The notes: generated by a model from the letters alone, not told the origin. A stretch of 64,000 bases of DNA from Kofleriaceae bacterium (GCA_046597055.1 JBKJLC010000058.1:1-64000), one strand, 5' to 3'. Positions 30,268 through 40,051 are shown, counted from the stretch's first letter. Numbers and translations are program-made.

Positions 30268-30414
30268 ATGGCCCGTCGTGACAGTCGCCGTTCGTTGAAG
30301 ATGCGCCGCCGCAAGAGCCAGAACAAGCTCAAGGCCCGCATCAAGCGCAAGATCCAGGTCGCGAAGGCGGCGTCCGCGAAGAAGCCCGCGCCCGCGCCCA
30401 CCAAGAAGAAGTAG
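30268..30414 (+). CDS. Small, highly basic Lys/Arg-rich protein (48 aa)
   Basis: MARRDSRRSLKMRRRKSQNKLKARIKRKIQVAKAASAKKPAPAPTKKK; strong AAGGAG 7 nt upstream; all Lys codons are AAG. Confidence 0.8.
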   Translation: MARRDSRRSLKMRRRKSQNKLKARIKRKIQVAKAASAKKPAPAPTKKK

Positions 30415-30417
30415 TCG

Positions 30418-30906
<489 letters not shown>

Positions 30907-30931
30907 CGCCCCACAAGCCCCCGGTGAACCC

Positions 30932-31717
30932 GTGACGATCACAATGGACCTGTCGGCCTGGGGGCACCTCGAGGTCACCGGCTCCGATCGCGTACGCTTC
31001 CTGCAGGGCCTGACCACGATCAACGTCGGCGCGCTGCCGCCCGGCGGCCACGGCTGGGGCGCGATCCTCTCGCCCAAGGGCCGCGTGCTCTCGGTGGTCG
31101 AGGCGACGGTGGAGCCCGAGCGCGTGCTCCTCCACTGCGAGCCGGGGCTGGTCGACAAGACCCTCGCGCTGCTGGAGCGCTACGCCGTGATGGACGACGT
31201 GGTCTCGCGCGCGCTCGAGCTCACCGCCTACAAGCAGTGGACCTCGCCCACCGACGCATGGACCGCGCCGGTCGTGCTCGCGCCGCTGCCGGGCCCGGCC
31301 TCGTCGGCCGCCGCGCTCGAGATCGCGCGGGTCGAGGCCGGCATCCCGCGCTACGGCCAGGACGTCGACGAGGAGGTCTTCCCGTTCGAGACCCCGCTCG
31401 GCCGCTTCCTCGACTACGAGAAGGGCTGCTACATCGGCCAGGAGCCCGTCTTCCGCGTCCACGCCCAGGGCAAGGCCGCCCGCACCCTGCGCGGCCTCCT
31501 GATCTCCGGTGACACCCCCCTCGCGCGCGGCGACACCCTCTCGCACCCGACGCGCCCCATCGCCGGCACCGTCACCTCCGCCGTCGTCTCCCCCCGGCTC
31601 GGCCCGATTGCCCTCGCCTTCCTGCACCGCACCGTCTGGGACGCTGGCGGCGAGCTCACCGTCACCGCCGACGGCCGCACCGCCCACGTCGTCGACCTGC
31701 CGTTCTCGGCCGGCTGA
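30932..31717 (+). CDS. YgfZ/GcvT-like folate-binding protein
   Basis: [34 protein letters not shown] signature. Confidence 0.92.
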   Translation: MTITMDLSAWGHLEVTGSDRVRFLQGLTTINVGALPPGGHGWGAILSPKGRVLSVVEATVEPERVLLHCEPGLVDKTLALLERYAVMDDVVSRALELTAYKQWTSPTDAWTAPVVLAPLPGPASSAAALEIARVEAGIPRYGQDVDEEVFPFETPLGRFLDYEKGCYIGQEPVFRVHAQGKAARTLRGLLISGDTPLARGDTLSHPTRPIAGTVTSAVVSPRLGPIALAFLHRTVWDAGGELTVTADGRTAHVVDLPFSAG

Positions 31718-31797
31718 GCGGGCCCGCGCCCGCCCCGGGCTGCCGGGAATTTTTGCTCCGGCCGCGGTGCACAGCTGCCGCTCCGGCCGGCTCTCAA

Positions 31798-32226
31798 CTC
31801 CGGCTCCGGCTCCGGCTCCAGCTCCGGCTCCGGCCCTCGGCTCCGGCTCCAGCCTTCGGCTCCGGATCCAGCCTTCGGCTCCAGGCGTCGGCTCCGGCGT
31901 TCGTTCGCTCGCTCGCTCGCGCCCCACGCGCCCCAACGCGCACGCGCCGTGACAGGGCCAACCACACTCCCCATCGCCCCGTTGCCCTGGCGCGGTGCGA
32001 TGCGCGGAGGGCGCGGGGCGCGAGCGAACGAACGGCGCCCCAACGAACACCGCCTCGACGCGCGCGCACCGATGCTCGCCGCAACTCTTCCGTCGTGACA
32101 CTGTCCGCACCCCGGACAAGCGCAGCACCGAAGCTGGAGCCGGAGCCGCCGGCTGGAGCCGGAGCCGCCGGCCGGAGCCGGAGCCGGAGCCGCCGGCCGG
32201 AGCCGGAGCCGGCCGCCGCCGGAGCT
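31798..32226. repeat. Composite inverted repeat: (GGCTCC)n left arm, internal long hairpin, (GGAGCC)n right arm
   Basis: Left arm 31798-31897 and right arm 32133-32226 are reverse-complementary degenerate hexamer arrays. The inner stem 31898-32034 pairs CGTTCGTTCGCTCGC..GCCCC with GGGGCGCGAGCGAACGAACG. Confidence 0.85.
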
Positions 32227-32258
32227 CGCCAGAACCCTCGTGCTACCGTCTGCTCTTC

Positions 32259-33566
32259 GTGCCTCACCGCACATCTCTCCTCGCCGCAGCCGTCGCCGTC
32301 GCCGTCACCGTCAGCGCGTGCAGCGACACCCCGCCGATCGAAGGAGATCCTTTCCCGATCCTCCTCGACCGTGCCGACGGCGCCTTCCTCATCGACCTCC
32401 GCGAAGGCGACTCCGTCCGCCGCGCCGTCATCGACGTGCTCTCTCCCCTGACCGTCTTCGACCCCGGCCCCAACGTCCCCGCCCGCCGCCGCGCCGCCAC
32501 CTTCAGCCTCCTCGGCCACCGGTCCGACACCGATCCATCCCTCGTCGCCCGCGCCCGGCTGAGCACCACCGTCCTCGGCCTTCATCCCTGCGCGTCGCCC
32601 GATCCCGCCGAGCCCACGCCCTGCACGGTCGGCGATCCCGACGCGCCCACCACGATCGACGCCATCCTCGGCGCCGACGCCCTGCGCGGCGCGGCCATCC
32701 GCTTCGACCCGTCCGCCGACCGCATCGCCATCCTCCCTGACATCGCCGGCAGCGGCGAGGCCCGCGATCGCGCCTGCGACGCCGAAGTCCCTCGCCCCTT
32801 CTACGGCGGCGGCAACATGCTCATCGGCGGCACCGTGCTCCGCTTCGACGGGCTGCGCATCGCGCTCGGCGTGTGCCTCTCGCACGATCCCGACGCGACC
32901 ACCGCCGAACAGCGCGGCACCGACACCGCCCTCGTGCTGTCGACCGGCATCGGCATCTCGATCCTCGGCGAGACGCGCTACGAGGCGTGGCGCCGCATCA
33001 GCGGCGGTCCGGCCCTCGCCGACCTACCGCGGGCCGCGGCGCTGCTGCCGTCGGGACGGGTCGACGGCCGGCTGGCCCGCATCGACCGGCTCGCCATCGT
33101 CGGCACCTCGACCGCCCCGCGCGGCGCCTGTCGCGAGGTGTTCGCGCACCACTTCCTCACCCAGCGCGACTGCGTCGCCGAGGACACCGACTGCCCGTGC
33201 ACCGACGAGGACGACGGCTGCGCCGCCGCCGCGATCCTCGAGCTCGCACCACCGGCGCCGATCGAGGCGGTGGTCGTCAGCGACGAGCATCCGTTGCTGC
33301 AGGCGCTCCGCGCCGAGCTGCGGCCCGACCAGCCCGAGATCGACGGCATCCTCGGCGTCGACGCGCTCGCCACCGCGCAGTTCGACGTCGACTATCCCAA
33401 CAACCGGCTGCTGCTGCGCTGCGTGGGCGCCGGCTGCGTCGCACGGCCTTCGTTCCGCGAGAGCGCCGACCGGACCAACATCGAGCGCTGCCTGGCGGCG
33501 GCCCCGCCGCCGACGACCGATGCCGGGGTCGCCGACGGCGGCCCCGACGCCGCCCCGGTCCCGTGA
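32259..33566 (+). CDS. Lipoprotein with two degenerate retropepsin-like (aspartyl protease fold) domains
   Basis: Lipobox VSAC; AVIDVLSPLT...DAILGADAL...IRFD and LVLSTGIGISIL...DGILGVDAL...VDYPNNRL. Confidence 0.65.
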   Translation: MPHRTSLLAAAVAVAVTVSACSDTPPIEGDPFPILLDRADGAFLIDLREGDSVRRAVIDVLSPLTVFDPGPNVPARRRAATFSLLGHRSDTDPSLVARARLSTTVLGLHPCASPDPAEPTPCTVGDPDAPTTIDAILGADALRGAAIRFDPSADRIAILPDIAGSGEARDRACDAEVPRPFYGGGNMLIGGTVLRFDGLRIALGVCLSHDPDATTAEQRGTDTALVLSTGIGISILGETRYEAWRRISGGPALADLPRAAALLPSGRVDGRLARIDRLAIVGTSTAPRGACREVFAHHFLTQRDCVAEDTDCPCTDEDDGCAAAAILELAPPAPIEAVVVSDEHPLLQALRAELRPDQPEIDGILGVDALATAQFDVDYPNNRLLLRCVGAGCVARPSFRESADRTNIERCLAAAPPPTTDAGVADGGPDAAPVP

Positions 33567-33581
33567 TACGCTGACCGCCGC

Positions 33582-34244
33582 TTGGACTGGGACCCACTGT
33601 TCCTCTCGCTCGAGGCGGCCTCGATCGCGACGGTGGTGGCCGGCCTCGTCGGTATCGGCCTGGGCGCGCTGCTGGCGTGGCCGCGGACGCCGGGCCGCGA
33701 TCTGCTGGACGCGCTGCTGGCCGCGCCGCTGGTGATGCCGCCGACCGTGCTGGGCTACTACGTCCTGGTCTCGGTCGGTCGCAAGAGCTTCGTCGGCGGG
33801 TTGTGGCGCGACCTGTTCGGTGACGATCTGACCTTCACGTTCACCGGCGTGGTGCTCGCCGCCAGCCTGGGCGCGTTCCCCATGATCGTGAAGGCGGCCC
33901 GCACCGCGTTCCAGGGCATCGATCCGACGCTGGTCGCCGCTGCCCGCACGCTCGGCGCCGGCCCGGTCCGCGCGTTCTTCACCGTGTCGTTGCCGCTGGC
34001 GGCGCCCGGGCTGATCTCCGGCCTGATGCTCGGGTTCGCCCGCGGGCTCGGCGACTTCGGCGTCACCCTCATGATCGCCGGCGACATCCCGGGCGAGACC
34101 CAGACCGCGCCGCTGGCCATCTACGATCACGTCCAGGCCGGCCGCGAGCGCGACGCCGCGATCATGTCGATCGTGCTCACCGTCGGCGCGGTGCTCGTCC
34201 TCTACGTGGTCAACGTGATCGCGCGCCGGCGGGAAGAGGCGTGA
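33582..34244 (+). CDS. modB: Molybdate ABC transporter permease
   Basis: PLVMPPTVLGYYVL, AARTLGA, FARGLGDFGVTLMIAGDIPGETQT. Confidence 0.93.
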   Translation: MDWDPLFLSLEAASIATVVAGLVGIGLGALLAWPRTPGRDLLDALLAAPLVMPPTVLGYYVLVSVGRKSFVGGLWRDLFGDDLTFTFTGVVLAASLGAFPMIVKAARTAFQGIDPTLVAAARTLGAGPVRAFFTVSLPLAAPGLISGLMLGFARGLGDFGVTLMIAGDIPGETQTAPLAIYDHVQAGRERDAAIMSIVLTVGAVLVLYVVNVIARRREEA

Positions 34245-35017
34245 GCGACGCCGCGCAGCCGGTCGCCCTGTCGGTCCGCGCCACCGTCGCGCGGCGCGGG
34301 CCCGCGGGCGCCTTCGCGCTCGAGATCGACACCCAGTTCACGCCCGGGGTGACCTGCGTGATGGGTCCATCTGGCGCCGGCAAGAGCACGCTGCTCGGCG
34401 TGATCGCCGGCCTGGTGACCCCTGACCACGGCCGGGTCGTCCTGGGCGACGAGGTCTGGCTCGACACCGCACGCAAGGTCCGGGTCCCGGTCCACCGTCG
34501 CCACGTCGCCTACCTGTTCCAGAGCCTCGCGCTGTTCCCGCACCTGAGCGCGATCCACAACGTCGAGTACTCCATGCCGCGGGGCACGCCGCGCGCCGCG
34601 CGCCACGAGCGCGCGCGCGGGTTGCTCGATCGGCTCGGCGTCGCCCATCTCGCCCACCGGCGCCCGCGGACCTTCTCGGGTGGCGAGGCCCAGCGGGTCG
34701 CGCTCGCCCGCGCGCTCGCGATGGCGCCGCGCGTGATCTTGCTCGACGAGCCGTTCAGCGCGCTCGACCGCGAGCTCAAGATCCCGCTGATCGCGCTGGT
34801 CCGCGAGCTCGCACTCGAGACCGGGGTGCCCACGATCGCCGTGACCCACTCGATCGGCGAGGCGCGCGCGCTGGCCGATCGCGTGGTTCGCGTCGCTGGC
34901 GGTCGCATCGCCGCGGACGGCCGCCCCGACCAGCTGCTGCCGGCGCGCTCGGTCCATCACGAGCCCGACGATCGCGCCCTCGAGATCACGCCCGCGCCGG
35001 TGCTGACCCGCCGGTAG
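34241..35017 (+). CDS. modC: Molybdate ABC transporter ATP-binding protein
   Basis: GPSGAGKST, VPVHRRHVAYLFQ, FSGGEAQRVALARAL, LLDEPFSALD; follows modB. Confidence 0.85.
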   Translation: MSDAAQPVALSVRATVARRGPAGAFALEIDTQFTPGVTCVMGPSGAGKSTLLGVIAGLVTPDHGRVVLGDEVWLDTARKVRVPVHRRHVAYLFQSLALFPHLSAIHNVEYSMPRGTPRAARHERARGLLDRLGVAHLAHRRPRTFSGGEAQRVALARALAMAPRVILLDEPFSALDRELKIPLIALVRELALETGVPTIAVTHSIGEARALADRVVRVAGGRIAADGRPDQLLPARSVHHEPDDRALEITPAPVLTRR

Positions 35018-35054
35018 CGGCTACGGCGGCACGTCGCTTGCTATCGCTGGAAGC

Positions 35055-35237
35055 ATGACGGAACCGAAGAAGCCCGAGAAGGATCGCGAGCCGCCCGCGG
35101 CGCCCACCCCTACCTCGGCGCGTGACGGCGTCGAGCCCTCGAAGGATCGCCCGAGTGGACCCGGCGATACCGGTCCCGGCAGCACCGCCGACCACGCGGT
35201 CGAGATCGACAAGGCCGAGCGCGACGCGCGCGACTAG
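35055..35237 (+). CDS. Small acidic/Pro-rich hypothetical protein
   Basis: 60-aa ORF filling the gap, with plausible codon usage; weak extended -10 just upstream. Confidence 0.45.
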   Translation: MTEPKKPEKDREPPAAPTPTSARDGVEPSKDRPSGPGDTGPGSTADHAVEIDKAERDARD

Positions 35238-35279
35238 GCGCGACCGCGACCGGGCCTGGCCGCTCGCCGAGCGCGGTTG

Positions 35280-36161
35280 CTACAGCTTCTGGCCCTGCGG
35301 GTCGTACTGATAGAACCCGCGGCCCGCCTTGCGGCCGACCCAGCCCGCGGCGACGTGTTGACGGAGCAGCGGGCACGGCCGGTACTTGCCGTCGCCCAGC
35401 TCGCGATGGAGCACCTCGGCGATCGCGAGCACGGTGTCGAGGCCGATCAGATCGGCCAGCTCGAGCGGGCCCATCGGATGGTTGAGGCCGAGCTTCACGC
35501 CGGTGTCGATGTCGCCGGCCGTGCCCAGGCCCTCGTAAAGCGCGTAGCAGGCCTCGTTCAGCAGCGGGATCAGCACCCGGTTGACGATGAAGCCCGGGAT
35601 GTCGCGAGCCGCGATCGTGGTCTTGCCGAACTGCTCGGCCAGCGCGATCGTCGTGCGGTAGGTCGCGTCCGAGGTCGGCAGGCCGCGCACGATCTCGACC
35701 AGCTTCATCAGCGGGACCGGGTTCATGAAGTGCATGCCGATCACGCGATCGGGGCGCCCCGACGCCGCGGCCAGCTTGGTGATCGAGATCGACGACGTGT
35801 TCGACGCCAGGATCGCGTCGGGCCGCACGACCTGGCCCAGGCTCTTGAAGATGCCGAGCTTGAGCGGCTCGCTCTCGGGCGCCGCCTCGATCACGAAGTC
35901 GCGATCGGCGAGGTCGGCGTGGGCGCCCCCCGACGACAGCCGCGCCAGGGTCTGGTCGCGCAGGTCGCCCGCGAGCTTGCCGCGCTCGACCAGGCGATCG
36001 AGGGTGCGCTTGAGCTTACCGATCGCGCCGGCGGCGAGCTCGGGCGTGACGTCGACCAGCATCACGTCGAGGCCGGCCTGCGCCGCGACCTGGGCGATGC
36101 CCTGCCCCATCTGGCCGCCCCCGACCACGCCGAGCCGGGTCACCGCCAGGGCCACCGTCAC
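35280..36161 (-). CDS. hbd: 3-hydroxybutyryl-CoA dehydrogenase
   Basis: GVVGGGQMGQGIAQV, LASNTSSISIT, GMHFMNPVP, PGFIVNR, HPMGPLELADLIGLD; GTG overlaps the thiolase stop. Confidence 0.95.
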   Translation of the reverse strand: MTVALAVTRLGVVGGGQMGQGIAQVAAQAGLDVMLVDVTPELAAGAIGKLKRTLDRLVERGKLAGDLRDQTLARLSSGGAHADLADRDFVIEAAPESEPLKLGIFKSLGQVVRPDAILASNTSSISITKLAAASGRPDRVIGMHFMNPVPLMKLVEIVRGLPTSDATYRTTIALAEQFGKTTIAARDIPGFIVNRVLIPLLNEACYALYEGLGTAGDIDTGVKLGLNHPMGPLELADLIGLDTVLAIAEVLHRELGDGKYRPCPLLRQHVAAGWVGRKAGRGFYQYDPQGQKL

Positions 36162-37333
36162 GAGCGCTCCACCAGCAGCGCGATGCCCTCGCCGCCGCCG
36201 ATGCACAGCGAGGCGCCGCCGGTCTTGGCGCCCTGCGCGGCCATCCCGTACAGCAGCGAGACCAGCACCCGGGTGCCGGACGCGCCGATCGGATGACCGA
36301 GCGCGACCGCGCCGCCCGTCCGGTTGACCCGCGCCGGGTCGAGCCCGAGCAGCTGGTTGTTGGCGATCGACACCACCGCGAACGCCTCGTTGATCTCCCA
36401 CAAATCGACCGCGGTCGGCTTCCAGCCCGCCTTGGCACACGCCTTCTCGATCGCGGGCGCCGGCGCGGTGGTGAACCACTCGGGGGCCTGCGCGTGGTGG
36501 CCCGACGCGACGATCCGCGCCAGCACCGGCAGGCCGCGCCGGGTCGCCTCGTCGGCGCTCATCAGCACGACCGCGGCGCCGCCGTCGTTCAGCGACGACG
36601 CGTTGCCGGCGGTGACGGTGCCGTCCTTCTGGAACGCGGGGCGCAGCCCGGCCAGCTTCTCGATGTTGCCGCGGCCCGGCTCCTCGTCGGTGTCGACCTT
36701 CACGCTGCCGCCCTTGCCGGCGACCTCGACCGGCGTGATCTCGGCGGTGAACCGGCCGTCGCGCTGCGCGAGCAGCGCCCGTCGGTAGCTCTCGGCGGCG
36801 AACGCGTCCTGATCGGCGCGGCCGATGCCGCGCTCGCGGGCGCACAGCTCGGCACAGTTGCCCATGTGCTGGTTCGAGTAGACGTCCCACAGGCCGTCGT
36901 GGACCATCGAGTCGACGGTGTCGAGCGCGCCCATCTTGACGCCGCCGCGGACGCCGCGCAGGAGATGCGGGGCGTTCGACATCGACTCCATGCCGCCGGC
37001 GACCACGATGTCGGCGTCGCCGACCGCGATCGTCCGCGCGCCCTGGATGACGGTCTCCAGCCCCGAGCCGCAGACCTTGTTGACGGTCACGCACGGCACC
37101 GTCTGGGGCAGCCCGGCCGCGAGCGCGGCCTGGCGGGCCGGTGCCTGCCCGAGGCCCGCGGGCAGGACGCAGCCCATCAGGACCTGCTGGACCTCGGCCG
37201 CGGGGACCCCGGCGCGCTCGAGCGCGGCGCGGATGGCGGCGGCACCGAGCCGCGGCGCGGAGATGGACGCGAGCGCGCCCAGGAAGCTACCGATCGGCGT
37301 ACGGGCCGCCCCGACGATGACGACGTCACGCAT
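36158..37333 (-). CDS. Acetyl-CoA acetyltransferase (thiolase)
   Basis: ARTPIGSF, NKVCGSG, AGGMESMS, NEAF, GHPIGASG, CIGGGEG. Confidence 0.97.
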   Translation of the reverse strand: MRDVVIVGAARTPIGSFLGALASISAPRLGAAAIRAALERAGVPAAEVQQVLMGCVLPAGLGQAPARQAALAAGLPQTVPCVTVNKVCGSGLETVIQGARTIAVGDADIVVAGGMESMSNAPHLLRGVRGGVKMGALDTVDSMVHDGLWDVYSNQHMGNCAELCARERGIGRADQDAFAAESYRRALLAQRDGRFTAEITPVEVAGKGGSVKVDTDEEPGRGNIEKLAGLRPAFQKDGTVTAGNASSLNDGGAAVVLMSADEATRRGLPVLARIVASGHHAQAPEWFTTAPAPAIEKACAKAGWKPTAVDLWEINEAFAVVSIANNQLLGLDPARVNRTGGAVALGHPIGASGTRVLVSLLYGMAAQGAKTGGASLCIGGGEGIALLVERS

Positions 37334-37477
37334 GGAAACCTCCGACCCGGCGTGTCCGGCGGGGCGCCGAACCTCTGGTCGCCAGGGGTGCGAAGGGATA
37401 CCCTCGGGTCGATGCGGGCGTCAAGCGCGCGCCGCCGCGGTGAGCGGCAGTTCTCTCAAGCATCTTCCCGGGTTAAC

Positions 37478-39289
37478 GTGGTAGCCAGCCATCGTCCTCG
37501 CGCCCGGATCCCCTGGGCGGTCGCCGCGCTCGCGGTCACCGCCGGGTGCGGCGAGGACCTGCAGCCCGACGTGCGCTACCAGGTCGTCGGGCTGGTGCCA
37601 GCCACCGGCGGCGGATGCCCGGGCGCGGCGCCGACCGCCCCACCGGAGGTCGGGGCGAACCGGGTTCGCTTCACGTTTCTCGATCGCGTCGACCGCAGGC
37701 TGCGCTGCGACGTGGTGCTGGCGCGCAGCGCCGACGCACCGATCCTCGTGGTGCCGCGCCGCGAGGCCCCGGTCGACCTCCACGTCGAATACTTCGATGA
37801 CGCCGGCCGGCTGCTCGCGCGCGGCCAGCGCGCCGACGTGGCGCTCACCGGCGGTGGCGTGGTGACGATCCACGCCACCCGCACCGACGCGTGGACCTGT
37901 CCGCCTGGTGCGGCCGGGAGCGCGCGCGCGTTCCACAGCGCGACCCTGCTGCCGACCGGCGAGGTGCTGCTCCTCGGTGGCCTGGTCGGCGCGCCCGGCG
38001 CCGGCGACGCGCCGTTCGACCCGGCCGCCGGCGCCCACGTGACCGGCACCGCCGAGCTGTACGACCCGGTCGCCGGGCGCTTCACGCCGGTGACGATCGC
38101 CGGCCTGCAGCCGCGCGCGTTCCACGAGGTGCTGATGCTCGGCACCGACGGCGACCGCGTGCGCCTGCTGATCGTCGGCGGCATCGGCGTCGCCGGCGAT
38201 CCGGTGGCGCCCGGCAACGTCGCGGTCGGGCCGACCGGCGGCGGCGCGCCGTGGACCGGGGTCGCCGCGGATCCCGCCGCCGGCCGGGGTGGCGCGCTCG
38301 CCCTCGCGGCCGAGCTGCTCGAGTATGACCCCGCCGCCCGCACGTTCACGCGCGCCGCGGTCGGCGCGGGCCCGATCCCGCGCCGCTTCGGCACCGCGAC
38401 CGGCAGCGGTGCCCGCGTCGGTGAGGGCCTGGCGGTCGCCGGTGGGCTCGACGGCGCCGGGACGCCGATCACCGCCGCCGAGTCGGTGCGCGCTGGCGAC
38501 GGCGCGTCCGGCGGCAGCGTCGAGGGCCATGCCCGGCTCGGCGCGACCATCACCGCGGTCGGCCCGACCGAAGCGCTGGTCTGGGGCGGCGACCTGACGA
38601 CGCCCGCGATCGAGGTCCGCGCCGGCGATCGCCTGATCGCGCTCGATCAGGCGCCAGCGATCGCGCCCGGCCCGAGCGCGACCGAGGCCAACAACCGGAG
38701 CTTCCATGCCGCCGCGACGCTCGACGGCCAGGTCGCGGTGATCGGGGGCCTCGCCATCACCGAGGGCGTGGTGCTCGGCGCCGCGTTCACGCCCGTGGTG
38801 CAGCTGGTGGATCCGGCGTTGCTGACCGCGACCACGCTCGACGCGCCCGCGCTGATCGGCACCGGCTACCCGGCGGCGGTCGGGCTCCATGACGGCGACG
38901 TGTTGTTCGGCGGCGGTGTCCAGGTCGGCGCCTGCCCCAGCACCCTCGCGTGTCCGAGCATGCAGAGCGTGCGCCTGCGCCGCGGCGTCGCGGGCGAGGC
39001 GGTGCGCGCGACCCTCACCGGCGTGCCGGGCCTGGCCCGCCACGGCCACCGGCTGACGCGTTTGGGCGACGGCACTGTGCTCGTCACGGGTGGCTTCGGT
39101 GCAGCCACTGACCCCGCGCAGATCCGGGCGCTGGGCGACGCCGAGCTCTACGATCCGTACGAGGCCAAGGACGACCCGCTCGCGGGGGTCGGGCTCTCTC
39201 GCCTGCCGGGCGACGTCGCCCGCGTCGACGGTGTGCCGGTGGCGCGCTGCGAAGTGTTCGGGGCCGCAGCGCCCGATGCCGCCCCGTGA
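37478..39289 (+). CDS. Kelch/galactose-oxidase-repeat lipoprotein
   Basis: Lipobox TAGC; kelch motifs ARAFHSATLLPTGEVLLLGG, AELYDP and ARHGHRLTRLGDGTVLVTGG. Confidence 0.8.
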   Translation: MVASHRPRARIPWAVAALAVTAGCGEDLQPDVRYQVVGLVPATGGGCPGAAPTAPPEVGANRVRFTFLDRVDRRLRCDVVLARSADAPILVVPRREAPVDLHVEYFDDAGRLLARGQRADVALTGGGVVTIHATRTDAWTCPPGAAGSARAFHSATLLPTGEVLLLGGLVGAPGAGDAPFDPAAGAHVTGTAELYDPVAGRFTPVTIAGLQPRAFHEVLMLGTDGDRVRLLIVGGIGVAGDPVAPGNVAVGPTGGGAPWTGVAADPAAGRGGALALAAELLEYDPAARTFTRAAVGAGPIPRRFGTATGSGARVGEGLAVAGGLDGAGTPITAAESVRAGDGASGGSVEGHARLGATITAVGPTEALVWGGDLTTPAIEVRAGDRLIALDQAPAIAPGPSATEANNRSFHAAATLDGQVAVIGGLAITEGVVLGAAFTPVVQLVDPALLTATTLDAPALIGTGYPAAVGLHDGDVLFGGGVQVGACPSTLACPSMQSVRLRRGVAGEAVRATLTGVPGLARHGHRLTRLGDGTVLVTGGFGAATDPAQIRALGDAELYDPYEAKDDPLAGVGLSRLPGDVARVDGVPVARCEVFGAAAPDAAP

Positions 39290-39414
39290 CGTGTGCGCAT
39301 GTACGCCACGTCACGAGCGCCCGCACGCCCCAGCTGCGCTCCACCGCTCGCCGGGAGGTTACGTCATCCTCGGGCGTGGGTGCCCGGCGCAATGATTTCA
39401 GGCACGAGGAGAGG

Positions 39415-39430
39415 CGGCCCTCTGCTTGCA
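39415..39430 (+). promoter_or_regulatory. Putative sigma54 -24/-12 promoter
   Basis: CGGCCCTCTGCTTGCA (GG-N10-GC), 12 nt before the ATG at 39443. Confidence 0.5.
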
Positions 39431-39442
39431 CTCAGTCCGGGC

Positions 39443-40051
39443 ATGACTCACTCAAAGAAGCTCACGTTCGCTGCCATCATGGTGGCTGCGGCGGCCTTCC
39501 CCGCCCTCGCCATCGCTGACCACGGCCCCGATAGCCGCTGGACGAAGATCGGCGACGTCGGGACCCACGTCCACGACGACGAAGACTTCGTGCCGGTGTC
39601 GAATCAGCGCTTTGATCGACTCGAGCTCCAGGCCAGCGGCCACCCGGTCCCGATCAACGGGCTGAAGGTCCAGTTCGTCGACGGCACCAGCTACCAGGCG
39701 CGGGCCCGCGGCATGGTGCGCCCAGGCGAGCGGTTCTCGATCGACCTGCCCGCGCGCAGCGCGCCGATCAAGATGCTCGTGATCGACTACGGCAATCGCG
39801 GCCCGTTCTGGCGCGACACCGAGACCGCGCGCATCGAGGTGTTCGGCAAGAGCCCGCGCCGCGATCGGCGTGACCAGGGCTATCGCGCGGACACCACCCC
39901 GCCGCCCGCCGTGCCGCCGCCGCCGGTGCCGCCGCCGGTGGTGCAGCAGCCGGCGCCGCCCCGGGTGGTCGCGCCCGCGCGACCGACCCCGGTCCGGACC
40001 GCGCCGGTCCGCTACGAGTGGCGCGCCGGGGTCCGCGTCCGCATCAACTAG
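39443..40051 (+). CDS. Secreted hypothetical protein (possibly DUF2541-like) with Pro-rich tail
   Basis: Signal peptide; WTKIGDV...RFDRLELQA...LKVQFVDG beta-sandwich pattern. Confidence 0.6.
   Translation: MTHSKKLTFAAIMVAAAAFPALAIADHGPDSRWTKIGDVGTHVHDDEDFVPVSNQRFDRLELQASGHPVPINGLKVQFVDGTSYQARARGMVRPGERFSIDLPARSAPIKMLVIDYGNRGPFWRDTETARIEVFGKSPRRDRRDQGYRADTTPPPAVPPPPVPPPVVQQPAPPRVVAPARPTPVRTAPVRYEWRAGVRVRIN

Noticed and set aside
31798..32226. CRISPR array
   Set aside because: No regularly spaced direct repeats with unique spacers, and no cas genes in the window.
31995..32258. N-terminal extension of the lipoprotein ORF, and the PEPEPE/GAGAG ORFs crossing the repeat
   Set aside because: These are translations of the stop-free hexamer arms. 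The signal peptide and -10 box support a start at 32259.
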